Shown piece by piece: positions 47,274 to 56,818 of a stretch of 64,000 nucleotides of DNA. Below the pieces are notes generated by a model. It was not told the origin of the DNA and made no database searches. It worked only from the letters and a program-made list of their open reading frames with translations. Origin of the DNA: a virus; the IMG/VR virus record IMGVR_UViG_3300017917_001903, positions 22,857-86,856 of that record, one strand, 5' to 3'. The first letter of the stretch is position 1. Every line of letters begins with the position of its first letter. The position numbers were made by a program, and so were the translations under genes.

Positions 47274-49730
47274 TTAGCTTGGGTCTGACGACCAACGTTT
47301 AATCAAATATTTAATAGACAAATCTCTGTTAACATTATTTACTGCATTTAGAATAATCTCATCATTTACCAACGATGCACTAAACACAACATTACCTGTT
47401 GTGGTTGAATCAACCATTTCACTTGATACGTCGCTGAATAAAACTTCGCCGTTAGCATTGAAATCAGATCTACCAGACATATACATTGTACCAATGCGTT
47501 GATACTTTGCATCTGACACACTGCTTGCCTCAGTGATTGTATAATCAATTAAGTATGTGTTATATACGCTGATGCTTTGTGTCATGCTGTTAATATTGCC
47601 GCCGCCGGCTGGGATAGTAGCAGTATTCATTTCGGTATACGAAATAGTCTTATCACCAACAACTGCCGCGGTACGAGTCTGCAATTCAATATTAGTCTTG
47701 AGATTTACAAGACCTTTGATATCGCTACTGGTTCTTTCAAAGTATAAGTTATTAACTGTTTTATTAAAGTCTCTAGCTTCTTCGCGACTATTAAAAGTAA
47801 TCTCGTCAAAGGTATTATCAATGTTGAGTATGTAATCATCAATACTAGGAACATTGCCAGGTAATGCATACTTAGCACCAACAAATACTTTGGTAAACAA
47901 GTTAACATCATCAGATTCAAGGATAGAATTCATCCAAGTTTCTAGTTTTGCTTTAACTGTAGTTGAAGTGCTATATTCTCCTGGTACAAGTTTGAATACA
48001 CTAGCAGTTGGTGTAACTGGATCTTCGTGTATTCTAAAATTAATACCAACACTGCTATATGCATTTCTATGTGTTAGGTATACTCGAGAACTTGAACCAG
48101 GCAGTAGATTCATGGATGGCCAATCTTCTACGCTGTTTACTGTTGCTGTTGCTGCCAAAACTGTTGTATTACTACTCAAGTCAATACTACGCACTGGAGT
48201 AATATAATTTGTTGTATATACGTTAGCTAGGTCAGGACTAATATTAAATGTAACATTTTTCACGTTAGCAGATGTGCCTGTTAGAACAAATGTATTTTCA
48301 GTAGTTGCACCAATGGTATATGTTGCATTAAGCAATTGGCTTGTATTTGATGAGCTAGACACATCAACTACTAGGTTAGCTAATTCACCGTGACCTTTGC
48401 TATATGCAATGACTTCATTACTAGCGTTGTAGCTAACAAAACTAATGTTGCTGTCTAACACTGAATTGAATAGACTAACGTTAGCAATGTTTACAACAAA
48501 TGCTGTTGTATTAGCTGAAACAACTGTGAAAGTATTTCCTGCAATGTTACTATTAGCACTACCAACAATATAGACGTTTGTGCTAGCTGCCACACCTTCA
48601 GCATTACCAGTTAATACAATGTTACTTGAGCTACCTGTTTGTACGGCTGCGGTAACTGTTCGTGCAGTAGTTGCAGCATTTGAAGGAATAGCAACACTAA
48701 TGGTATTTGCAGTATTTGCAGTTATTTGGAATAATTTATCATTTAAATAAATGTTTGCATTAGTGTCTGTTACATATACGTATGCAAATGGACCATTAAC
48801 ATTGTAGTCATGTCCTTCGTCGACACTAAAGGTAATTGTAGAGTTTGCAATTGTGGTGTTGGTTAATACTGCATCATCGCTGCGGCTTAACAATAAGTTG
48901 CCTAAGGTTAATCCTGTGGTTGAACTCATGTTGTCAGTGCCGTTAGCTGTTACAGCAATATGTTTATACTCTAAACCAATCAGGCCATGACCAGATGTTG
49001 TACTTACAGTTACAAGCTCTTCGGGGATTTTCAAATAATCTGGAATATTATATGTTGTATAAAAACTCTGGATAGTTGTGCCGGGATAAATGACGGTTGT
49101 ATTTGACAATGCATCCAAAACGGCAGCATTACTATAATAACAAATATCTATTTCATCAGATGAACGCGGTGCAGTTCTTAGAGTTAAGATATGTGTATTA
49201 GCTGAATCTCTGCTGGCTGCAAAACTATAATCCTTACTAGCAGTTGGGGTTGAATTGCCCGAGTCACCAACTAATAGTGTGCCATTCTTAAGCACTAAAA
49301 TATCAGTAGCTGTAAATGCAGAGTTAGTAACAATACTTGTTATACCTGTAGCATTGCTTGCACCAGATGTAATGTTTTCAGAGAACACTGGCACGCCTGA
49401 ACCAATGTATGTATTTTCAGTAGGATTCCAAGATTTAGTGTCTGTGATGCCGTCAAATGAACCTCGAGGGTATTGCTTGTACGGTACAGTAAACGCAATT
49501 ATCTGATTGTTAGCAATACTGATAGTGATATCTTTTGCGTTAGTTGTTGTTTCAAACACACTAACTTTGTTATAACCACCACTGGTAGCATCATCGGGAT
49601 CTGCACCAATGTATACTTGTCGTGTATCTAGTGCGAATCCAATTTCACCCGGACGTAGTGGCTGAGGTAAATCCTGCTTTAAACCACGTCTGTTTTGAAT
49701 TCGCGAAATAATTACGTTTGCGTTTGCCAC
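47274..49730 (-). CDS. Tail fibre/baseplate structural protein (Mtd-N-like N-terminus)
   Basis: ISRIQNRRG...LRPGEIGFALDTRQVYIG; N/T/S/V-rich; late promoter at about 49755. Confidence 0.72.
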   Translation of the reverse strand: MANANVIISRIQNRRGLKQDLPQPLRPGEIGFALDTRQVYIGADPDDATSGGYNKVSVFETTTNAKDITISIANNQIIAFTVPYKQYPRGSFDGITDTKSWNPTENTYIGSGVPVFSENITSGASNATGITSIVTNSAFTATDILVLKNGTLLVGDSGNSTPTASKDYSFAASRDSANTHILTLRTAPRSSDEIDICYYSNAAVLDALSNTTVIYPGTTIQSFYTTYNIPDYLKIPEELVTVSTTSGHGLIGLEYKHIAVTANGTDNMSSTTGLTLGNLLLSRSDDAVLTNTTIANSTITFSVDEGHDYNVNGPFAYVYVTDTNANIYLNDKLFQITANTANTISVAIPSNAATTARTVTAAVQTGSSSNIVLTGNAEGVAASTNVYIVGSANSNIAGNTFTVVSANTTAFVVNIANVSLFNSVLDSNISFVSYNASNEVIAYSKGHGELANLVVDVSSSSNTSQLLNATYTIGATTENTFVLTGTSANVKNVTFNISPDLANVYTTNYITPVRSIDLSSNTTVLAATATVNSVEDWPSMNLLPGSSSRVYLTHRNAYSSVGINFRIHEDPVTPTASVFKLVPGEYSTSTTVKAKLETWMNSILESDDVNLFTKVFVGAKYALPGNVPSIDDYILNIDNTFDEITFNSREEARDFNKTVNNLYFERTSSDIKGLVNLKTNIELQTRTAAVVGDKTISYTEMNTATIPAGGGNINSMTQSISVYNTYLIDYTITEASSVSDAKYQRIGTMYMSGRSDFNANGEVLFSDVSSEMVDSTTTGNVVFSASLVNDEIILNAVNNVNRDLSIKYLIKRWSSDPS

Positions 49731-49772
49731 TGTTAAGTCTCCTAGCTTAACAGTATTTATCACTTTGATAAC

Positions 49773-50441
49773 CTAGCGGCTATAGTACTGCGCAAGCCGA
49801 TCTCCCCATATATTGCAATAGTGGTCAAACTCGTCGCCTTTGATAATGTAGTCCTGAAACTTAGCTTCTCGGTCTACCATTAAGATACTAACTTTGCGGA
49901 TATTTGTGCCAAACATTTCATTGTGTGCTAGGGCATACGCACAGCCCTGCAAAAAGTAGTCCTCGATCCACTCACGCTTTTTTAGCTTCTTAGCAGTCTT
50001 AAAGTCAATGATGCTGTCTTCGCCTTCGTAGATGCCAATAGCATCACTGGTACCAGCGTATAAACCCTTAGCAATAAGCCCCACTTCTGTACCCCAAAGT
50101 TCGTTAACTTTGCCCAACCCTTGCTCAATCATAACGCGGCTCATTTTGCCAGCTAGAATACTGACCATGTTGTTGCCAAAGTTATCCCACTCTTCACCTA
50201 GAATGAACTTTTCTAGTGCAGTGTGAACTTTGGTACCAAGCCCGGCGGCTTGCTGAGTCTGTCGATTGGCTTCTTCTTCGCCTATGCGTTTTTTCCACTC
50301 AAAGAGATGAGTTTTGTCGGCGGTACTGTCGAGAATAGTAGTAACGCTGGGAACAGGTTCAGCATCATCGCCTACATACTGTCGCCCAGCGGGTGTTTGT
50401 AATCTTTTGAGTTGTGGATAATTGTATTTGTTGATAAGCAT
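49773..50441 (-). CDS. PD-(D/E)XK exonuclease
   Basis: PSVTTIL, GTKVH, YAGTSD, IIDFKT, QGCAY. Confidence 0.85.
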   Translation of the reverse strand: MLINKYNYPQLKRLQTPAGRQYVGDDAEPVPSVTTILDSTADKTHLFEWKKRIGEEEANRQTQQAAGLGTKVHTALEKFILGEEWDNFGNNMVSILAGKMSRVMIEQGLGKVNELWGTEVGLIAKGLYAGTSDAIGIYEGEDSIIDFKTAKKLKKREWIEDYFLQGCAYALAHNEMFGTNIRKVSILMVDREAKFQDYIIKGDEFDHYCNIWGDRLAQYYSR

Positions 50442-50478
50442 GTCTTAGTATAACATACTTAACCAACACTGTCAAATT

Positions 50479-50622
50479 TTATTTAAAAAATGGTAAAAAG
50501 GCTTTTACCTTATCAATATACTTTTGTAGATACTTTGCTTGAAAGTTTTTTGCGAACTGTGGTTGTGGGAAGTTCCAACCAATAAATGCACCAACTACGA
50601 CCCAAAATAATGTTTCTAACAT
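50479..50622 (-). CDS. Small membrane protein (47 aa), missing from ORF track
   Basis: MLETLFWVVVGAFIGWNFPQP...; GAGG RBS. Confidence 0.65.
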   Translation of the reverse strand: MLETLFWVVVGAFIGWNFPQPQFAKNFQAKYLQKYIDKVKAFLPFFK

Positions 50623-50643
50623 ATCAACTACCTCTCTGGTTAA

Positions 50644-50964
50644 TTACCAACTAATGTTCCAAGTGAGTGTGTTGTTTGATGTATTGTTTGTTCCAATATA
50701 TACAGCGTATCCTAAGTTAACAAAATAATCTTTAACATAGTTAATTTGATCTAGTTTTGTTGCATCATCCGTTACGCCATTCCATGCATTATAGTATGAA
50801 ACATTACTGGTCATTGTAGTGCCGCTAGTAACGTTTGCATAAAGTATGCCTGCATCAATATTTCCTAATACAGCACTTTCAATGCTGCGAACTTCGCTAT
50901 GAATGACGCTGTTGTTTCTAGAATCTCTTCTAGCAGTTGTTGCATTTACAAAAATGTTCGCCAT
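50644..50964 (-). CDS. Putative virion protein
   Basis: ends FVNLGY...WNISW; late operon. Confidence 0.6.
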   Translation of the reverse strand: MANIFVNATTARRDSRNNSVIHSEVRSIESAVLGNIDAGILYANVTSGTTMTSNVSYYNAWNGVTDDATKLDQINYVKDYFVNLGYAVYIGTNNTSNNTLTWNISW

Positions 50965-51293
50965 TACACATCTGCCTTAATATCTTGCATGGCTTGATTA
51001 CCAGCCATCTTACCAACATCAACTGACGCTTCAGCATCTTTCATGTTGTCGGGTAATTCACCCTTAGGAACAATTTTTTCGCTATCAACAGAAGTAACAA
51101 ATTCGCTGTCATTTAATGCAGCAATCAATTCGTCGTCTGTGGTTACATAACCTTGTTTAGCCAGCAGACTTTTAAATCGTTCTGTGCTAATCTCTTTAAG
51201 GCCTTTATTCATAACGCGAATAAGGAGATCCTGTACAGCAACAATCAAGTCGTTGTAATAACTCTCTTTAACAAAGAGCTCGTATAGTCTCAT
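50964..51293 (-). CDS. Putative head-associated protein
   Basis: N-terminus MRLYELFVKE. Confidence 0.55.
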   Translation of the reverse strand: MRLYELFVKESYYNDLIVAVQDLLIRVMNKGLKEISTERFKSLLAKQGYVTTDDELIAALNDSEFVTSVDSEKIVPKGELPDNMKDAEASVDVGKMAGNQAMQDIKADV

Positions 51294-52645
51294 TATACTG
51301 CTGCTCGACCTAGTGGTTCGTCTTCTGGACCGGCTGCTGCGGGTTCGTTAACGTCAACAGTTGGCTCTTCTTCGGGCATATCTGGTTCTGCTAGACTAGC
51401 AGGACTTGGCTCACCTAAGCCGCCAGTGTCACCTAAGCCACCAACTGCTTCGCCGCCTGTTAGGCTTGCTACAGAATTATCAACACCTGCTTTAGCTGCC
51501 TTAGCAGATTCTAAGTGTTGATTTAGTACTTGTGTTGTGCTATCAACAAAGCTCTGTGCAGCTTGTGCGCCCATTTCGCCGCGCATCTTATCAGCAATAG
51601 CTGGAAGGTCTTCATTAATCATACGACCTAGACGTTCAATCTGATCTTGAATATCATCAGCTAATGCACGAATAGCCATTACAACTTCGGCCTGCTCAAC
51701 GTCAACTTCTTCGTTTAGTAGATCGTCAACTAAGTTGCCTAAGATACTTTCATTCTTTGAACCAGAAATCTTATGTGCAGTATCCTTGCTCATCTTAACT
51801 GGATGCATCTTACCTGAGCCTCTTGGAAACTCAAATTCTTTAGCACCACTACGAGCAGCATCTGCCGCTGCCTGGTTATATGCATTCTGTTCAGCAATCT
51901 TGCGGCCAAACATTTGGATGCCAGCTACTAGTGCTGCTTCGTCGAGGCTGTTTAAGAACTCAACTACAGCATCTCGGCTTTTGCCGCTTACTTTAGCAAA
52001 GCCATTTAGTTTTTCTTCAATAGCTTGATAGCTTGTAGTGTCTTTTAGCTCAACACCTGCTTCTTTGGCTAGAACACGAAGAACTTGTTCAGCAACATTT
52101 TTAGAACTTAGTTCGTTATGTGCTGGCATGCCAGTAATGGTATTACCAACTGTTGCACCCATGTTGCCGCCGGCTAGGCCTTCACCCATGCTGCACTCGT
52201 CCATGTACTTTTTAGCAGCGGTAATAACGATTGGCATAACGTGACCGTCATCGTATGCAAAGCGGTTATCCATTCTATAACGATTCATACACTCTGATGT
52301 AGCTTCATCTACAGTATATCCACTATCCATAAGTTGGCGTACTGTACTTTCAATCATTTCCTTCATAGCTAAGTATGCAGGACTTTCAGCATACATGCCT
52401 TCGTTGATCATTGTTTCAACTACGTCCTTAATACCAAGGAACTTAGCATAATCAGGTTCTAAGTGAAACTTCACGTTTGAACCACGAAGTGTTACTAACG
52501 CTTTTTCAGCATTTTCTTTAAGTGCTACTAGTTTAGCCTTCTTGGGGAAACTAGCAGTGATGCTAATACCAAAATGCTCACTGAGCAACTTGTTTAGCTT
52601 TGATAATTTTTTACTTGACGGTTGTTTGAACTCTTTTAAGTACAT
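51293..52645 (-). CDS. Acidic helical putative prohead core/internal protein
   Basis: MYLKEF; many phi-x-E sites; Pro/Glu tail ending LGRAAV; late promoter at about 52680. Confidence 0.6.
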   Translation of the reverse strand: MYLKEFKQPSSKKLSKLNKLLSEHFGISITASFPKKAKLVALKENAEKALVTLRGSNVKFHLEPDYAKFLGIKDVVETMINEGMYAESPAYLAMKEMIESTVRQLMDSGYTVDEATSECMNRYRMDNRFAYDDGHVMPIVITAAKKYMDECSMGEGLAGGNMGATVGNTITGMPAHNELSSKNVAEQVLRVLAKEAGVELKDTTSYQAIEEKLNGFAKVSGKSRDAVVEFLNSLDEAALVAGIQMFGRKIAEQNAYNQAAADAARSGAKEFEFPRGSGKMHPVKMSKDTAHKISGSKNESILGNLVDDLLNEEVDVEQAEVVMAIRALADDIQDQIERLGRMINEDLPAIADKMRGEMGAQAAQSFVDSTTQVLNQHLESAKAAKAGVDNSVASLTGGEAVGGLGDTGGLGEPSPASLAEPDMPEEEPTVDVNEPAAAGPEDEPLGRAAV

Positions 52646-52699
52646 GGGATATATCCTTGATGTTCTAGTTATAACACTTATTTATCATAAAACTCTATT

Positions 52700-53623
52700 T
52701 TAAAGCCCCTCATTTTTTAGAGCTTGTATCATGTTTTCTGCTATAGAAGCATGAACATTTTTACCAAAATGCATTAAGTCCCTGGCATAATCAGTAGAAC
52801 CAGCAGAAGAAATAGATAAACTATTTGAAAACAATGTTTTGCTTATTAAAGGAACATTCCATTGCTTTGCTAATAACTTCAATGCCTGTATGTTTAATCT
52901 ATAATTGATTGCTGCTGTAAAAGGCAGTCTTTCATAGAGACTATGCACTAGTATATTTTGTTTATACTCGTCGAGTATATGTTTTAAAATGTCAATTTTT
53001 AATCTATCGTGTTTAAAATAATAAAGTTCTAGACGATTTGGGGGAGGTTCAAGCACAATAATTGCTTTAGGATTTGGAATATCATTGGGCCAGTTCATAA
53101 GATAAAACGTACCTGTTGTTAATCCCATACCCGGGGCGCCTAGGTTCCACGATTCTAGATTAAAGTAAGATGATACTAGTGTTGGCCATATGTCATTTAA
53201 TAGCATGCCAGTACCATATGTATTACTGCATCCAACATAAACAATGCCCGGTGCATCAGTAAAGTTATTGCATCTAAAACCAAACTGATTAATTTTATAC
53301 TCTATGTCGATAGGTTGCCCGTTTACTAGCCAACCAAACTCTTCTAACTTTTGTCTACCAAATTCATCTTGTAAATGAATCTCTAATCGCGATCTATTGT
53401 CGGATGTATTAAATTTGTATAACGTATATTCGTCGGAATGAACAATATCGCCATCTTTTCTTTCGTCTGCTGGGTTCCAAAAGCCTGTAGCATTATTTTT
53501 TATGCCATCTATATAAGATTGCTTAAAGACGTCAATGTCATCAGTGAAACAATAATAACCATCATCAAATGATCGTCTTATTGCATCGAGGATTTCCGGC
53601 GATGCTTTATATCTACCAACCAT
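52700..53623 (-). CDS. SGNH-like hydrolase-fold protein
   Basis: NQFGFR, VGCSNTYG, NLGAPG, ARDLMHFG...H. Confidence 0.65.
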   Translation of the reverse strand: MVGRYKASPEILDAIRRSFDDGYYCFTDDIDVFKQSYIDGIKNNATGFWNPADERKDGDIVHSDEYTLYKFNTSDNRSRLEIHLQDEFGRQKLEEFGWLVNGQPIDIEYKINQFGFRCNNFTDAPGIVYVGCSNTYGTGMLLNDIWPTLVSSYFNLESWNLGAPGMGLTTGTFYLMNWPNDIPNPKAIIVLEPPPNRLELYYFKHDRLKIDILKHILDEYKQNILVHSLYERLPFTAAINYRLNIQALKLLAKQWNVPLISKTLFSNSLSISSAGSTDYARDLMHFGKNVHASIAENMIQALKNEGL

Positions 53624-53627
53624 TATT

Positions 53628-54071
53628 TTAAACTGCTACATATTGCTGCATCTGTTGGTTTAGACTCTTTAATTTAACTAATGTAACATCTAAACGTGTA
53701 AGTGCTATTTCAACTCGCATTATATCTTTGGCTACTTTTATAGTATGTCTATAAAAAATGCAATCATTGTTCAGTTTGTGATAGCTGTATATCAAGTGTT
53801 GCAAATCCACAAAGAACTTTCTTTTATTGGTATCACGCTTATTATTAAAATAATCGCAGATGGATTTAGCTAAAGAGAGTGTTGGAATATCAACAATAAC
53901 AACATTTTTGTTAAAGTAATCTACTAAGTTGAAGAACCCATCCGAGTTTCGTTCAACTACCAGAACACCGCGCTTGATGACACGGTTAGCTATAGTATCT
54001 AGCTTTTCAGCAAGATAAGTCTGATAACTATAGTTTTGATCTTTGTGCGTGTATTTTGTAGCCAATTGCAT
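53628..54071 (-). CDS. Hypothetical protein
   Basis: ORF in late operon. Confidence 0.6.
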   Translation of the reverse strand: MQLATKYTHKDQNYSYQTYLAEKLDTIANRVIKRGVLVVERNSDGFFNLVDYFNKNVVIVDIPTLSLAKSICDYFNNKRDTNKRKFFVDLQHLIYSYHKLNNDCIFYRHTIKVAKDIMRVEIALTRLDVTLVKLKSLNQQMQQYVAV

Positions 54072-54249
54072 GACCTTTTTTCACTTTTTGAAGAATGTTC
54101 TTTTTATGAAGATCTTCTGCAACATGCAGATCTCTCTCATTAAGTGTACTTATGTCTAAAAAGTTGTTAAGATCTACTTTATTGAATATGGCTGTTTGAG
54201 CTCTATCAATAAGTTGAAGATTACCATATTTGTCTTTAACGGCTCTCAT
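54028..54249 (-). CDS. Hypothetical protein
   Basis: LNERDLHVAEDL.KK.IL. Confidence 0.6.
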   Translation of the reverse strand: MRAVKDKYGNLQLIDRAQTAIFNKVDLNNFLDISTLNERDLHVAEDLHKKNILQKVKKGHAIGYKIHAQRSKL

Positions 54250-54376
54250 TTTTCTTCTTCTTTTTCTTGGCTTTATATATGCTGGGATTTGGACGCTTAA
54301 TAACAGCACCCAAAGGTTGAGCTACTACAGCTATGCCACCGCTAGTAGTTTCAACTATGATCTCGTTAATCTTCAC
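54236..54376 (-). CDS. Small basic putative internal protein (46 aa), missing from ORF track
   Basis: GTG start with GGAG RBS; MKINEIIVE-TTSGGIAVVAQPLG...KAKKKKKKNESR. Confidence 0.65.
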   Translation of the reverse strand: MKINEIIVETTSGGIAVVAQPLGAVIKRPNPSIYKAKKKKKKNESR

Positions 54377-54554
54377 TTAAGGATCTCCCACCTGGTTTAA
54401 TTATTTCGTTGTTACTATTTACACAAATCATTTCGCTTGCTTTAGTTTTCCATACGTTTGGTAACATTCCGTGTACCAGCAGTATACCTGCTATCTTCCA
54501 TGCCCTCAACAAGTGTTCAAAATATCCGTACCCTGTATCCGACAAATGGCTCAT
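54366..54554 (-). CDS. Hypothetical protein
   Basis: HL...GYGYFEH...LVHG.LP. Confidence 0.55.
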   Translation of the reverse strand: MSHLSDTGYGYFEHLLRAWKIAGILLVHGMLPNVWKTKASEMICVNSNNEIIKPGGRSLSED

Positions 54555-54557
54555 AAA

Positions 54558-54767
54558 TTACTCCCGGCGGCTCGACTGCTTTCCGCCCATGTATCCACCT
54601 ATAATACCAATTAATCCCGTAATACTCATTTTCATAAGTGTTATAATTTCTGAATTTAGATCTCGTCCTGTCTTAACAGCAATAATATAGTCACCAATAA
54701 TAATGCCTGCAAGAAGTAGCAACACACCTGCTGTTATTGTATAGATAATTTTATCTACAACATTCAT
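54558..54767 (-). CDS. Two-TM small membrane protein (possibly holin-like)
   Basis: Two hydrophobic helices and a basic tail. Confidence 0.5.
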   Translation of the reverse strand: MNVVDKIIYTITAGVLLLLAGIIIGDYIIAVKTGRDLNSEIITLMKMSITGLIGIIGGYMGGKQSSRRE

Positions 54768-54958
54768 TTCTTGCCGCCTTTCATATTAGCACACCAGTGA
54801 TACATTTTGCCTTTCTCGCCGCCATACTTACGAGCTTTGGCTCTCAAATCAGTAACTGAACCTGCACAACTAGCGCCGGCACGTTTTACACGGCCTGGGC
54901 GACTCTTGCCTTTTACTTTACCGTCTGCAAAGTTTTCAATGATGTCAGTTATCTTCAT
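54764..54958 (-). CDS. Small basic putative internal protein
   Basis: MKITDIIE-NFADGK...WCANMKGGKK. Confidence 0.65.
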   Translation of the reverse strand: MKITDIIENFADGKVKGKSRPGRVKRAGASCAGSVTDLRAKARKYGGEKGKMYHWCANMKGGKK

Positions 54959-55529
54959 TGTTCTTAAACCTAAAGTTCATACTAATAACAATACGCAAAT
55001 CATCACTGTGATTCTTTGTAACAAAGTGTGGCATAGTAGAGTCAAACATCACAAACTTGTTAGGTTCTGCTTTAACTACTTCTTGTCTAATAATATAAGG
55101 ATTTGGCTTATATTGAAATACAAAGTCACCACTGTTAGGTGGAACTTTAACATAAAATGCTGCACTAACATGTGCGCCGCCTATGTAGTTGTCTGCTGAT
55201 TCGTGACTGTGTAAGTTAGTCATTTCACCTTTGGCATGTACCACTGACCAAAAAGCAGAATTAGGATCGCCGCCTTCTTGTCCTTGCCAGCATAATTCAA
55301 TGTCATCGCCAAACTCTTTAAACCACTCTTGTTCAAGTGTGCGTGCAATACGCTGTACTTGCGGAGTAAAATTAATTCTAATATCTTCGTAACGTATATC
55401 GTCGGCCCAATGAGCAATATTGCGTCCTTCATTGTAGTTACGCAATATCATAGCTTCAAGATCTGATAGGTCCTCATTGAGAGAACCTACCAGATATTCT
55501 GCCTTGTATAGTGTTACACGATCTGCCAT
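54945..55529 (-). CDS. 2OG-Fe(II) oxygenase
   Basis: HSH, VSAAFYV, F...PHFV..N...RIVISMN. Confidence 0.78.
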   Translation of the reverse strand: MADRVTLYKAEYLVGSLNEDLSDLEAMILRNYNEGRNIAHWADDIRYEDIRINFTPQVQRIARTLEQEWFKEFGDDIELCWQGQEGGDPNSAFWSVVHAKGEMTNLHSHESADNYIGGAHVSAAFYVKVPPNSGDFVFQYKPNPYIIRQEVVKAEPNKFVMFDSTMPHFVTKNHSDDLRIVISMNFRFKNNEDN

Positions 55530-56806
55530 TAGTGTACAGTTGGTAGTTGACTATAATCTACTTCATAGAAACCGTCAATGCCTAAACGCACTGCTGAATC
55601 GTACTTAGTACCTACTAGCTCTTGAGCTAATACGCCTGTATAAGTTACAGTGTCGTTCAAGTAGTTGTATGAGTAGAAATTAATACCATCTACTGTAGCA
55701 ACCTTAGCAATGTTTTCTTTTAGACGCTGGTCGCTCTTAAAGAACTTCTTAGCGCCTTTGCTTACGTCCTTAGTAGTTTTTGATGCGCCCTTGCTGATGT
55801 CATTACCTACATCAGATGCACCTTTGGCAACATCATTTGCTGCTTTGTTGGCAGCATCGGCTGCATCTTTGGCTGCTTTCTCTGCTGCTTTAGCTGCATC
55901 GTCTGCTGCCTTCTGTGCGGCAGCGGCTTGCTCTTTAGCAATGCGATCTGCTTCTGCAGCCGCATCTGCGGCTGCTTTGGCTGCGTCATCTGCTGCCTTA
56001 GCAGCTTGGTTAGCAGTATCGATAGCTGGATTTAGATCAACGTTCATGTTAACATCGCCTTCTAAACCAACTAGTAATGCAGCATCGCCTGAAATACCTA
56101 CACTGACTTCGCCGTCTTTGTATGTAGCATGTGCTTCACCTTCAGCGCCAACTTGTGCGCCAATACTTGCGCCAGCACTACCACTAACTTCTGCGCTGCC
56201 TACTGCGGTTTTGATCTTAGCTGAACCGCCAGCATCTACCCCAACACTAGCACCAGCAATAGCGCCGCCGCTTACGCTTGCACCGTTCTCACCAATTGAT
56301 GCGCTACCGCCTGCTCTAGCATATGCATCTGCATTAGCGTTAACACCACCTTGTGCTGAAACGCCTGCTAGGTCAACCCCGCCAATACCAACACTTGCAT
56401 CACCGCTTGCACTTGCACCTGCGCTAGCACTTGCTTCTGCGCCAACGTTTGCACCGGCCGATGCGTTCTTACCGTCCCATCCACCGTGTGCTTCTGCACT
56501 TGCTTCTACGCTAGCTTCTGCACTGGCTTGTCCCGAAGCGCCTGCTGTTGCTGTGGCATCTACACCACCTGCAATTTCTTGCTTGGCGTGTGCTTCTGCT
56601 GAACCTTCTGCGCTAGCATTAGCTGACACACCTGCACTTGCACCTGCACTTGCATATGAACCGTCTACACCTGCACTTGCACCAGCATGGGCTTCGCCAC
56701 CTGCGCTTGCTGACCCACCAGCACTTGCGCCAGCTTTGTCATTACCTGTTGATGTGGATGCACCAGTTGATGCGCCTCCGCTTACTCCTACCTTTTCTTC
56801 AGCCAT
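55529..56806 (-). CDS. Gly/Ala-rich fibre-like protein with C-terminal peptidase S74 (intramolecular chaperone) domain
   Basis: About 250 aa of G/A/S alternation, Ala/Lys/Asp coiled coil, SDQRLKENI...GVLAQE...VDY. Confidence 0.7.
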   Translation of the reverse strand: MAEEKVGVSGGASTGASTSTGNDKAGASAGGSASAGGEAHAGASAGVDGSYASAGASAGVSANASAEGSAEAHAKQEIAGGVDATATAGASGQASAEASVEASAEAHGGWDGKNASAGANVGAEASASAGASASGDASVGIGGVDLAGVSAQGGVNANADAYARAGGSASIGENGASVSGGAIAGASVGVDAGGSAKIKTAVGSAEVSGSAGASIGAQVGAEGEAHATYKDGEVSVGISGDAALLVGLEGDVNMNVDLNPAIDTANQAAKAADDAAKAAADAAAEADRIAKEQAAAAQKAADDAAKAAEKAAKDAADAANKAANDVAKGASDVGNDISKGASKTTKDVSKGAKKFFKSDQRLKENIAKVATVDGINFYSYNYLNDTVTYTGVLAQELVGTKYDSAVRLGIDGFYEVDYSQLPTVH

Positions 56807-56818
56807 TGTGTGTACCTC

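Noticed and set aside
49773-50441. Cas4/CRISPR system
   Set aside because: A common phage PD-(D/E)XK exonuclease without the Cas4 Cys cluster; no repeat-spacer array seen.
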